A stretch of 64,000 nt of DNA from an uncultured Bacilli bacterium (GTDB lineage Bacteria > Bacillota_I > Bacilli_A > RF39 > UBA660). Shown piece by piece: positions 10,621 through 19,314 of this stretch. The stretch lies in the NCBI GenBank assembly GCA_947629815.1, contig CANRFG010000001.1, positions 27,468 to 91,467 of the forward strand, written 5' to 3'. The position numbers and the translations under genes were made by a program. Under the pieces are notes generated by a model. That model made no database searches. It was not told the origin of the DNA and was given only the letters and a program-made list of their open reading frames with translations. How positions within the stretch are numbered: the first letter of the stretch is position 1; every line of letters begins with the position of its first letter.

Positions 10621-10824
10621 TGATAAAATATTTTCGTAAACTTCTTTAGCTTTATCAAAATCATTATTAATTCTTAAAAAATTAGCTCTATTGTATAGAT
10701 TTACTATTTTCTCATTTTATAAATTTGGAAGGGTCATAACACTTTTACAATACAAACATCTACCAGTATTTGTACCATTAATTGGTTCTATATCTCCCCC
10801 ACACATTTTACACTTAAACAACAT
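10621..10824 (-). pseudogene. Detached N-terminus (Zn ribbon plus TPR start) of the TIR gene, cut by an in-frame TAA at 10717-10719
   Basis: RBS GGAGTG then MLFKCKMCGGDIEPINGTNTGRCLYCKSVMTLPNL*NEKIVNLYNRANFLRINNDFDKAKEVYENIL, in frame with 8596-10620. Confidence 0.88.
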
Positions 10825-10919
10825 ACTATCACTCCAATATTGATATTTTTATCTTACCGTTAAATCATTCATTTGATATGACTAATAAACTATGAAATTA
10901 TACAAATTTATCTAACTAT

Positions 10920-10948
10920 ATTATATCATTCATAGTAAATTTTGTCAG
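10920..10948 (-). promoter_or_regulatory. sigma-A promoter of the TIR operon
   Basis: CTGACA-17 bp-TATAAT with extended TG. Confidence 0.7.
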
Positions 10949-11282
10949 CATATTTCTAAACTTAAATCTTTTACTTTACAAACCTATTATACAATAATTT
11001 AAATAAGAAAATTTATTTACTTATATTTTCTTCATGATTTTTCCACAAAGTATAAATTACATTTATTAACTATTTAATATTAATTATATCATTACTATCA
11101 TATTCTAAGTTTACTAAATTTATTTTTGTTATTGGCAGTACTCGTAAGGTGATTTCAAATTCAGATTAATCAGTAAAGGAAATATTAAATTTACTATAAC
11201 AATTAATAACAATTTTTCAAGTTGCAATACTATCAATAATGTATAATATTTCATTATCGATAGATAAGTGTATTTAATTGCT

Positions 11283-11378
11283 TTAATGTTTTTTTCCTGT
11301 TTTTATTCCTTCTACTAATGCTTCTATTGCTTCTGGTTGGTCTCCACTAGGTTTGTATTTTGAAACTAATTTGAACAT
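11283..11378 (-). pseudogene. uvrB: uvrB N-terminal fragment, 31 codons
   Basis: [31 protein letters not shown], identical to the start of uvrB. Confidence 0.93.
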
Positions 11379-11472
11379 TTTATCACCCGCTTTATAAATT
11401 TTTGTAACATTATTTTATCACTTATCATAAAACAAAACAAGAAAACAGCTATATGTTTCCTTGCATTATTTT
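11286..11472 (-). repeat. uvrB 5' block, copy 2
   Basis: 187 bp matching 4754-4940 with 2 mismatches seen by eye. Confidence 0.95.
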
Positions 11473-11519
11473 TTTTTAAAATTTTATATTAAGCTACTCA
11501 TATAAATATTTTTTTTTAA

Positions 11520-12527
11520 TTATTGATTATTTTCTAATACTTTTTCTACTTCATTTATTAATTGTTCTTTATTAGGTATGTAATAAGTATAAGTTGAAGC
11601 AAAAATATTATTTTCTAAACCACCTAAGGCAAATTCTAAAGCAACTTGGTCTTTTTCAGCGCATAGTATGATACCAATAGGTTTTCCATCGTCTTCTGAA
11701 TTGATTACTTTTTCATAATAATTTAAATACATGTTCATTTGGCCTAAATTTTCTGCTTTTAGTTTATTCATTTTTAAATCTATTAAGACATATGATTTTA
11801 AAAATTTATTATAAAATACCATATCAACATAATAATCAATATTATTGAGTGTGATTCTTTGTTGAGAGCCAACAAACATAAAACCTTTACCAAGTTCTAG
11901 TAAAAAATCTTCTATATGTCTAATTAATTTATATTCTAAATCTTTTTCTAAAAGAGGTTTAGGTTCTTTTATTCCTAAAAACTCAAAGACATATGGTTGT
12001 TTAACAATATCACTAGGTTTACTCAAGATTTGACCTTTTTTGGATAATTCTAAAACTTTTTCTTTATTTACATTTCCATCAGAAAGTAAAAGTCTTTCAA
12101 ATAAAGATGTATCTAATTGTCTTTGTAATTCTCTAACAGACCAATTGGAATTAATACATTCTTTTTCGTAAAAATCTCTTTTATTTTTATCTTTTATAGT
12201 AATTAATTCTACATAATGTGACCAACTTAAATTTTCGTTTATCACATTGTAATCTGGATAAATATTATAAAACCATCTCATATAAGTTAAATTAGTGTAA
12301 GAATATCCTTTTCCTAGCAGTTTAGTTAACTCATTAGATAATTCTTTTAAAACCTCTTTACCATATTCTAATCTGTTATTATCTTCATTTTCGTGTTTTA
12401 CAATAATTTTTCCTATGTTCCAATAAACATAAGTGATAGATTTATTTACTTCTTTCGCCAAATTATTTTTGGCTTCGGTTACTAACTTGCTAATTTCCAA
12501 AGCCATAGTATTATTTTCTTCCAACAT
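11520..12527 (-). CDS. YhcG/DUF1016-family PD-(D/E)XK nuclease-domain protein
   Basis: YWNIGKII, LSWSHYVELI, WSVRELQRQ, KQPYVFEFLG, LLELGKGFMFVGSQ, DMVFYN, IDLK, GQMNMYLNYY; RBS GAAAGGA before MLEENN. Confidence 0.92.
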   Translation of the reverse strand: MLEENNTMALEISKLVTEAKNNLAKEVNKSITYVYWNIGKIIVKHENEDNNRLEYGKEVLKELSNELTKLLGKGYSYTNLTYMRWFYNIYPDYNVINENLSWSHYVELITIKDKNKRDFYEKECINSNWSVRELQRQLDTSLFERLLLSDGNVNKEKVLELSKKGQILSKPSDIVKQPYVFEFLGIKEPKPLLEKDLEYKLIRHIEDFLLELGKGFMFVGSQQRITLNNIDYYVDMVFYNKFLKSYVLIDLKMNKLKAENLGQMNMYLNYYEKVINSEDDGKPIGIILCAEKDQVALEFALGGLENNIFASTYTYYIPNKEQLINEVEKVLENNQ

Positions 12528-12551
12528 TATAAATTTCCTTTCTTTGAATTC

Positions 12552-12567
12552 TTCAGACGCGTCTGAA
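12552..12567. promoter_or_regulatory. Perfect 16-bp GC-rich palindrome in the yhcG-like 5' leader
   Basis: TTCAGACGCGTCTGAA just upstream of the RBS. Confidence 0.45.
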
Positions 12568-12770
12568 AAATCATGAAATATTATCAATAGGATACATATT
12601 TACTACTAATAAAATTATATCAAATTTATCTTTAAAAATCATTCATCTTTATATATTAAAAATATATTTTTTTAACAAATATAATAGGACTTGAATTACG
12701 CCTACAAATTTACTTTGTCCATCTAGTTATTGGTAGTGTTATTTCATTCATTTTTTGGATTTAACAACAC

Positions 12771-13079
12771 TTAAAAAAAAATAAACAACAGGGATTTTAA
12801 ACAATCGTTATAATAACTTACAAAATATTCAACATGATTTTCTGGAAATAGTTCTTTTAGTTCTGAATAAAGTTGTCCTGCTAAAGTTTTATTGTGAGCA
12901 AGTACTAGAGTTGGTTTATTAATTTCTTTAATTACATTTGCGATTGTAAATGTTTTTCCTGTTCCTGTTGCGCCTAATAGTACTTGATGTTTTTTCCCTG
13001 TTTTTATTCCTTCTACTAATGCTTCTATTGCTTCTGGTTGGTTTGCACTAGGTTTGTATTTTGAAACTAATTTGAACAT
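12771..13079 (-). pseudogene. uvrB: uvrB N-terminal fragment (about 90 codons plus unrelated tail)
   Basis: Matches UvrB up to VEYFVSYY then diverges ([12 protein letters not shown]). Confidence 0.93.
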
Positions 13080-13174
13080 TTTATCACCAGCTTTATAAAT
13101 TTTGTAACATTATTTTACAATTTATCATAAAACAAAACAAGAAAACAACTATATGTTTCCTTGTATTATTTTGA
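12820..13174 (-). repeat. uvrB 5' block, copy 3
   Basis: About 355 bp matching 4587-4942 with about 15 differences counted by eye. Confidence 0.95.
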
Positions 13175-13296
13175 TAATTTTTAACGATTTTATTATAAAA
13201 ACTTTTTACCATAAATTTCGTGTTAAATCATTCATGTAGTTAGCAAAAAACTATTACCTGCCTACAACATAATTATTTTAGACATATTTACGCTTT

Positions 13297-13791
13297 CTAT
13301 TTTTTGCTTAATTTAATTATTGAATAAGTGTTTGTAATTGCAGTCATTAGATCAAAAATTGTAGAAGAATATGACTTAATTGTTAAATCATATATGAACC
13401 ATAATATCATAGTAAATATTATTAAACTCTTAAATTTTATTACATTTTTAGTATTCATTAACCATAAATAAGTAATTGTACTTATAAGTGGTAATATACC
13501 AATCAATCCTAAATTATTAAATTTAATTGATAAAAATGTAGCTAGCAAAGTTATTACTATTTTTTCTTTTAATCCTAATCTATCTTTATAGCATAAAATA
13601 TTTCTGACACAACTGAGTGCGTTAATTATAGCACCTACAAATCCGCCAAGGACTACATTGCTTACAACTGATAGTCCTATCTGTATTGTCTGAACATATA
13701 AAATTTTTTTCTTTTGCTTTATTGTACCCGAATACACCATAAATAAAGAGGCTATGAGTGCAATTATATTTCCAATTATAATACTAGTCAT
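13297..13791 (-). CDS. YgjV-like inner membrane protein
   Basis: Multi-TM; GNIIALIA...QTIQ...VLGGFVGA...RNIL...WFIYD pattern. Confidence 0.65.
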   Translation of the reverse strand: MTSIIIGNIIALIASLFMVYSGTIKQKKKILYVQTIQIGLSVVSNVVLGGFVGAIINALSCVRNILCYKDRLGLKEKIVITLLATFLSIKFNNLGLIGILPLISTITYLWLMNTKNVIKFKSLIIFTMILWFIYDLTIKSYSSTIFDLMTAITNTYSIIKLSKK

Positions 13792-13984
13792 TACATCACC
13801 TTAATAATTAAGTTAAAAAAGCCATTGTGGATTTTATTTCCATTTAATGATCTAACTTTTAACGCTTGATTTTATATTTTTATTTTCAAAATGTTTGTTA
13901 TTATCATATAAATATAGACTAAGTTTATAAATTACATTAAACCAATTCTAATTTTTTAAAAATTTTATATTGTTAATATTCAAA

Positions 13985-14064
13985 ATATTTTATCAACAAC
14001 CTTGTAAATTTTATAACATTACCTTATCATTTATATAAAACAAGAAAACCCATATGTTTTCTTG
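13985..14064 (-). repeat. Degenerate uvrB promoter/terminator block, copy 4 (ATG decayed to ATA); hairpin likely terminates the vWA gene
   Basis: CAAGAAAAC-ATATGG-GTTTTCTTGTTTT...TGATAAGGTAATGTTA...TGATAAAATA aligns with copy 1. Confidence 0.7.
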
Positions 14065-14122
14065 TTACTTAAATGTTGATATAATTCTCTATTATGTAAT
14101 AATCATAAAGTATTCTCAAAAA

Positions 14123-16186
14123 TTATTTAAAATATTTATATTTCTTTGTATATAATATTACACTTATACCTGCTATTAATAATACTATCATACAAGTATA
14201 TGGAAGATAAGTTCCTGTTGGTGGATTAATAATTTCCTCATTTTTTTCTTCATTTTGATTATTTTGATTACTTTCATTATTTTGATTATCAGGTAACTTC
14301 TCAGTATTCTCAATTTGTCTTGTATAAGAATTTTCTTTTTCATTTCCATTGTAATCTTCATATGTTACATCTACTGTACCATTAGTTGCGCTTTCGTCTT
14401 CGTCATATTTGTCTTTTACATCATTTGGTTCTATAAAATATGTTAAAATAATATCTTCTTCTGTAAGTCTATCAATTTTCCAAACAATTTTTTGAGTATC
14501 AAAATTATATGTAAAGTTATTTGCATCTAATATTTTTGAACTATTTTTTTCTGTGATTATATTTTTATTACCACTAAGTGTACTATATGCTTTTCCATTT
14601 TCATCAAAAGTTATTTTTTCTATTACTTCACCATTACCTAATTTTATTTCAATATAAGGTTTATAAGTTTCAAAATCATCAATTACTAAATGATAATTAT
14701 CTTTTATAGAATCATTAACATATATATTTTTAATAAACATTTTTAAAAATGAAGTATCTTTGAATATATCTTCTATTTCTGTTGAATCATCAACAAAATA
14801 TGTTTTTTCAGGACTGCTTGAAATTCTTTTCAAAATAGATTGTACCCATTCTGGCTTTACTACATATGAACCATCTGTTTGCATAGCCATTTCTTGATTT
14901 GTTCCAACTCCTATAGACATAATTTCAACACCTTGTGCTTTTAAATCTATGACTTGTTTTAAATCATATTTTGATAAATATTCATACCAATTGCTAGCAT
15001 ATTCTCCTACTTTTCCATCATTTGTTTTTGAAAAAACAGAATATTTTGCTTGATTATATATAGTTGGTGCACCATCTGAAACGAATACTATTATTTGGTC
15101 TCTATTTGGTTTATAATTTTCATTTAAAATTTGTTTTGCTGTTTCAAATGCATAAGTATAATTTGTACCACCTGGTACAGAATCTAAATTCTTAGATATT
15201 AATTCTTTTATTTTATTTATATCACTTGATAAACCTAAATTTAATGAGTCTTCCTCATAAATAATATCTTTAGCAAATTTAACAACACCTATACGATTAT
15301 TAGGATTTAATTTAAGTAAAGTTTCTGAAAGTTTTGTAGTTACTTCATCTAATTGTTTCTTTTTAGTTTCAAAATCCATACTATTTGAATAGTCTAAAAC
15401 AAGTAAAACATCAGAGTCTTTCATAATTGTTTTAGCATTTAATAATAAATCTATTTTATATACTCCTGTTTTTATAAATGACTCATGTTTTGTTTGATTT
15501 TTAGAAAAATTAATATCTCCTACCTCATCTGTTTTATATTTTTGAATTTGATTTGTATTTTCAATTACTTTATATATTTTAAAAGATTTAGAAGATGTTT
15601 CTTTATCACTTACATAAAAATTTTTATCAGTTGAACTAAATTGAACCCAATATTGTTTATCATTTACACTTTGACTTATTTTAGTAACAACACTACCATC
15701 TTTATATTCTAAGTGTATAGGGTAAGCATTATCTGTATAAGTAAAAGCTGTTGGATGTTTAGTTTTATCTTTTTTAGTAAAATCAAAACTTATTTGAATT
15801 TTATCTATATTATCTTTATTTACATAATATCTAGATACAAGTGTATAAGCATTTTTATCGTTTGAAACAGATTTTTCACTTACTGAAAAAGACCATAACG
15901 CTGATTTTGAATATTTATCATCTATTGTTATTGTTTTATCATCATTAATTGTGATAAGGCTTGCATTATTCTTTATTTGATACATAGTAGATGAATCCAT
16001 AATTCCATTTATCCAAGCATATGTTTCATTACTTGAAGTAGTTGTAAATATATATGAATCTCCTGAACCATTTGTAATTTGATTTTCATTTGTAATTAAT
16101 TCTACATTAAAGGTTTTTGCTGAAACAGTGTTAACTACACAAGTTAATAATATTAAAAACAAAAATTTTTTTAAAGATTTAATCAT
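14123..16186 (-). CDS. Cell-surface vWA-domain protein with NPPTG sortase-type anchor
   Basis: Signal peptide; DVLLVLDYSNSM, GGTNY, IVFVSDGAP MIDAS motifs; C-terminal NPPTG, TM helix, basic tail. Confidence 0.88.
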   Translation of the reverse strand: MIKSLKKFLFLILLTCVVNTVSAKTFNVELITNENQITNGSGDSYIFTTTSSNETYAWINGIMDSSTMYQIKNNASLITINDDKTITIDDKYSKSALWSFSVSEKSVSNDKNAYTLVSRYYVNKDNIDKIQISFDFTKKDKTKHPTAFTYTDNAYPIHLEYKDGSVVTKISQSVNDKQYWVQFSSTDKNFYVSDKETSSKSFKIYKVIENTNQIQKYKTDEVGDINFSKNQTKHESFIKTGVYKIDLLLNAKTIMKDSDVLLVLDYSNSMDFETKKKQLDEVTTKLSETLLKLNPNNRIGVVKFAKDIIYEEDSLNLGLSSDINKIKELISKNLDSVPGGTNYTYAFETAKQILNENYKPNRDQIIVFVSDGAPTIYNQAKYSVFSKTNDGKVGEYASNWYEYLSKYDLKQVIDLKAQGVEIMSIGVGTNQEMAMQTDGSYVVKPEWVQSILKRISSSPEKTYFVDDSTEIEDIFKDTSFLKMFIKNIYVNDSIKDNYHLVIDDFETYKPYIEIKLGNGEVIEKITFDENGKAYSTLSGNKNIITEKNSSKILDANNFTYNFDTQKIVWKIDRLTEEDIILTYFIEPNDVKDKYDEDESATNGTVDVTYEDYNGNEKENSYTRQIENTEKLPDNQNNESNQNNQNEEKNEEIINPPTGTYLPYTCMIVLLIAGISVILYTKKYKYFK

Positions 16187-16313
16187 ATTTCCAACTCCTA
16201 TAAGACCTATTCTATTATCTAAAATATAACAAATGTTGTATATTTTGTCAATGTTCACTAGTTGTCTATATGTAAAGTTATTTACATAAAAAAGTCATTA
16301 ATAAAATTAATTA

Positions 16314-16820
16314 TTAATGAGTGTTATATATTTTTCCAAATAGTTTTCTTACAAAAGGTTGAATGAAAAATAATTGACTTAGTAATGCGAATGGAAAGTT
16401 TAAAACAACAGTTTGTAAATAATTTGGTATAAAATTAATTAAAAAACTACTTAATGTTATTTGTTCATGAAAAACAAAAGCTGGAAATATACCTTTATAA
16501 AGTATAGTCGCTAAAAAACTCATCCATGTACACATTATAAAAACAGTAGAGCAAATAATCGCTGTTTCAAATATAACAGGTTTATATTCTTTAGGTGGAA
16601 CTGATTTTAACGCTAACTTAAGTGATAATGGGCTACCAATAAATATTTCAGATAAATAGGCTAAAACAAATTCTATTGGTATTAACATTAATGCAAATTT
16701 AAAATCAACATTTAAAAGTCCACCTTTTTCTATACTAAGACAATAAAATACAAAGCAAGGTACTGTTATAATAACTGTAATAAAAGCATAAAGCAATTTT
16801 TGACTTTTTGTTTTTGGCAT
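16314..16820 (-). CDS. DUF2798-like membrane protein
   Basis: MPKTK start, 4 TM, IMCTWMSFLAT and NFPFALLSQLFFIQPFVRKLF motifs. Confidence 0.7.
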   Translation of the reverse strand: MPKTKSQKLLYAFITVIITVPCFVFYCLSIEKGGLLNVDFKFALMLIPIEFVLAYLSEIFIGSPLSLKLALKSVPPKEYKPVIFETAIICSTVFIMCTWMSFLATILYKGIFPAFVFHEQITLSSFLINFIPNYLQTVVLNFPFALLSQLFFIQPFVRKLFGKIYNTH

Positions 16821-16846
16821 ATACTACTCCTTTCTATTTTTACAAC

Positions 16847-16907
16847 AAAAAAAAACACATGTATATGTACCGTAATCAGATTTACGAGTTTTAAACTCTA
16901 CATGTGT
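16847..16907 (-). promoter_or_regulatory. Structured leader / attenuator candidate upstream of the DUF2798-like gene
   Basis: 9-bp closing stem ACACATGTA/TACATGTGT enclosing two hairpins, followed by T9; promoter TTGAAA-17-TAAACT at 16937-16965. Confidence 0.55.
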
Positions 16908-17013
16908 CGTTTCTTTTTAATTGTAAGTACTTTTTAAGTTTAACAAATTTTTTATATTTTTTCAAGTATAAAAAAGAAATAACAAAAAAAGAAATAACAT
17001 TTGTTATCCCTTA

Positions 17014-18504
17014 TTATTCTACTCTAAATATAACTTGATACATGTCACCCAAATCAAAATCATCATGTTCTTGTTTATAACCTAATTGTTGTAATTTAGT
17101 AGCACATTCATTAATTACATTTATTGCAGCAGCAAATTTATTATTGACAGGTTGTGATACTTCTTCTGGCATTGGATTTGGAACTGTAAATTGTTGTTGC
17201 TCAAATGGATTAACTGTTGGAGTTACTTGAGGTTGCTCTGGAACAGTATTTTGTACTTGTTGTATAGCAGGTTCTACATTTTGTTGCGTCGTATTTGGCA
17301 TTTGTGCTGGAACATCTTGAAATAAATTATCAAAATTAAATACATTTGTATTAGGTTGTTGTGCTACTTGTTGTTCTGGTTGCTCTGCTTCACCTAATAT
17401 ATTAAAGAATTTTTTAGGTTGTAGTTCTTGTTCTGGTTGAATATCTTGTTGCATATTATCACTTACTTGAATAGTTGGTTCTACACTTGGTTGTACATTT
17501 GGATTATATTGAGAAACAAGATTATCCATATTTACAGGTTGTTCATTTTGCATAATTGGTTGAGCAACATTTACAATCTCATCAACATTAACAAATCCAG
17601 GATTTACTTGTTGGTCAAATTCTATTGATTCAATTGGTTGTTCAACTGCAAATGGATTTTCATTTATTACTGGTGATTCATCTACTACATTATTTTGAGG
17701 TATTGGATTAACAGGATTGTCTGAAAATAAACTTTCAAATGAAGTAGGTCCTTGAACATTTGGATTTGCCATTTGTCCTTGTTGAGCATAATTAATATCA
17801 GGTATTGGTTGTTGTATTGTATCTGGAATTGGATTAACATTTGTATTCATTCCAAAATTACCCATTGTATTATTCATATTATTGTTTAAATCATTATTTC
17901 CATTTAACACTTTATCAATCTCCTCATCTGTTTTTCTAACAGTCATTCTTTCTTTTATTATTCTATTTAACATAGAAACTTGTGTATTTTTGTCTTGTAT
18001 TCTAAGTAAAGACCTTGCATGTCTTTCTGATATTTCAGAATTTAATAATGCTTCTTGTACCTCGTCAGCTAATTCTAATAGTCTTAATTTATTAGCAATT
18101 GTTGATTGGTTTTTTCCTAATTTTTCTGCTAATGTTGTTTGATTTAAATATCCCATATCGAGAATTTTCTTATACGAAATTGCTTCTTCTATAGGTGTTA
18201 AATTCTGTCTTTGAACATTTTCAATTAATGCAACTTCTGCGCTATCCTTATCATTCAAATCAGTAACTATTGCTGGTATTGTTTGTTTTCCTGCAACTAC
18301 AGATGCCTTATATCTTCTTTCTCCCGCTATTATTTCATATTTATCCCCTACAGGTCTTACAACAATTGGTTGTATTACCCCATGTTCTTTTATTGATTCT
18401 GCTAATTCATTTAAAGAGTCTTCATTGAATTTTATTCTTGGTTGAAATCTGTTAGGCAAAACATCATCTAGAGCTAGTTCCACTACTTTTTTATTTACTT
18501 CCAC
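17014..18504 (-). CDS. noc: Noc-like ParB-family CTPase with long Q/N/P-rich linker
   Basis: PNRFQPR, IIAGERRYKA, LIENVQR, GKNQSTIANKLRLL, ISERHARSLL; Noc-like C-terminal domain; sits after rsmG as noc does. Confidence 0.85.
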   Translation of the reverse strand: MEVNKKVVELALDDVLPNRFQPRIKFNEDSLNELAESIKEHGVIQPIVVRPVGDKYEIIAGERRYKASVVAGKQTIPAIVTDLNDKDSAEVALIENVQRQNLTPIEEAISYKKILDMGYLNQTTLAEKLGKNQSTIANKLRLLELADEVQEALLNSEISERHARSLLRIQDKNTQVSMLNRIIKERMTVRKTDEEIDKVLNGNNDLNNNMNNTMGNFGMNTNVNPIPDTIQQPIPDINYAQQGQMANPNVQGPTSFESLFSDNPVNPIPQNNVVDESPVINENPFAVEQPIESIEFDQQVNPGFVNVDEIVNVAQPIMQNEQPVNMDNLVSQYNPNVQPSVEPTIQVSDNMQQDIQPEQELQPKKFFNILGEAEQPEQQVAQQPNTNVFNFDNLFQDVPAQMPNTTQQNVEPAIQQVQNTVPEQPQVTPTVNPFEQQQFTVPNPMPEEVSQPVNNKFAAAINVINECATKLQQLGYKQEHDDFDLGDMYQVIFRVE

Positions 18505-18609
18505 GCAAAAAACTCCCTTCTTATTCTTTCATGATACATTTTACTATATTTTGGAAAATAAGACAAGCGATTTTGGGAAATAATTTAAAATATTTTAAAA
18601 AGCCTTATT

Positions 18610-19314
18610 TTATAAAGGCTTTTTCTTAATTTCAGAATATTTCCTGGGAAATAATTTGCTTGTTTTATCCATTTTTTGTATTTTTAGTATCGTTCTATTG
18701 CTATTTTCTATAGGTAATAAAAATCTTTCTGTTTTAATTATTTTTGAATTTAATTTGTTTAATGCATTTTTTGAGTTTTCTAATTCTTCATCTACATTTG
18801 CTTTTAATGGAATAAAATATTTATTTATTTTTACCATAGGTATTGATAATTCAAGTAATGTATTTAAATTCGCTACTGCCCTTGAAGTTACTATGTCAAA
18901 TTTTTCTCTATTTTGTTGTGCATATTCTTCTGCTCTTACATGTATAGCTTCTATGTTATCTAAATTAAGTTCTTTAATTACAATATTTAAGAATTCTATC
19001 CTTTTATTTAAAGAATCTAATAAAGTTATTTTTAAATGTGGATAAAATATTTTTAAAACTATACCTGGAAATCCAGCTCCTGACCCTACATCACATAAAG
19101 ATTGTTCCTCATTTAAATCTATTACTTTGCTTATACATAATGAATCATAAAAATGTTTTAAATAAACTTGTTTTTTTTCAGTTATTCCTGTTAGATTCAT
19201 TACTTCATTATATTTAATTAATAAATTATAGTATTTTTCTAATTTATCTAATATATCATCATCTATATTAATTTGTAATTTTCTTACCTCATTTATAAAT
19301 TCATTTATTTCCAT
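18610..19314 (-). CDS. rsmG: 16S rRNA m7G527 methyltransferase
   Basis: [34 protein letters not shown]. Confidence 0.96.
   Translation of the reverse strand: MEINEFINEVRKLQINIDDDILDKLEKYYNLLIKYNEVMNLTGITEKKQVYLKHFYDSLCISKVIDLNEEQSLCDVGSGAGFPGIVLKIFYPHLKITLLDSLNKRIEFLNIVIKELNLDNIEAIHVRAEEYAQQNREKFDIVTSRAVANLNTLLELSIPMVKINKYFIPLKANVDEELENSKNALNKLNSKIIKTERFLLPIENSNRTILKIQKMDKTSKLFPRKYSEIKKKPL
18638..18653. promoter_or_regulatory. Noc-binding-site (NBS)-like palindrome within rsmG
   Basis: TATTTCCTGGGAAATA, one mismatch to TATTTCCCGGGAAATA. Confidence 0.6.

Noticed and set aside
10717-10719. Stop-codon recoding or alternative genetic code explaining the TIR stop
   Set aside because: The codon is TAA, the main stop in this genome; TGA also ends genes (bofA, yabB) and Trp is TGG, so code 4 does not apply.
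11038-11046. Isolated TTTTCCACA DnaA-box match in the accessory region
   Set aside because: Single 9-mer in AT-rich DNA without clustering; expected by chance.
12552-12567. Resemblance to the Neisseria DNA uptake sequence (GCCGTCTGAA)
   Set aside because: Single imperfect occurrence in a Firmicute; uptake sequences occur at high copy and none other was seen.
4587-14064. Repeats as a CRISPR array or IS terminal repeats
   Set aside because: Units are 80-355 bp, irregularly spaced by kilobases, and are uvrB sequence; no cas or transposase gene is present.
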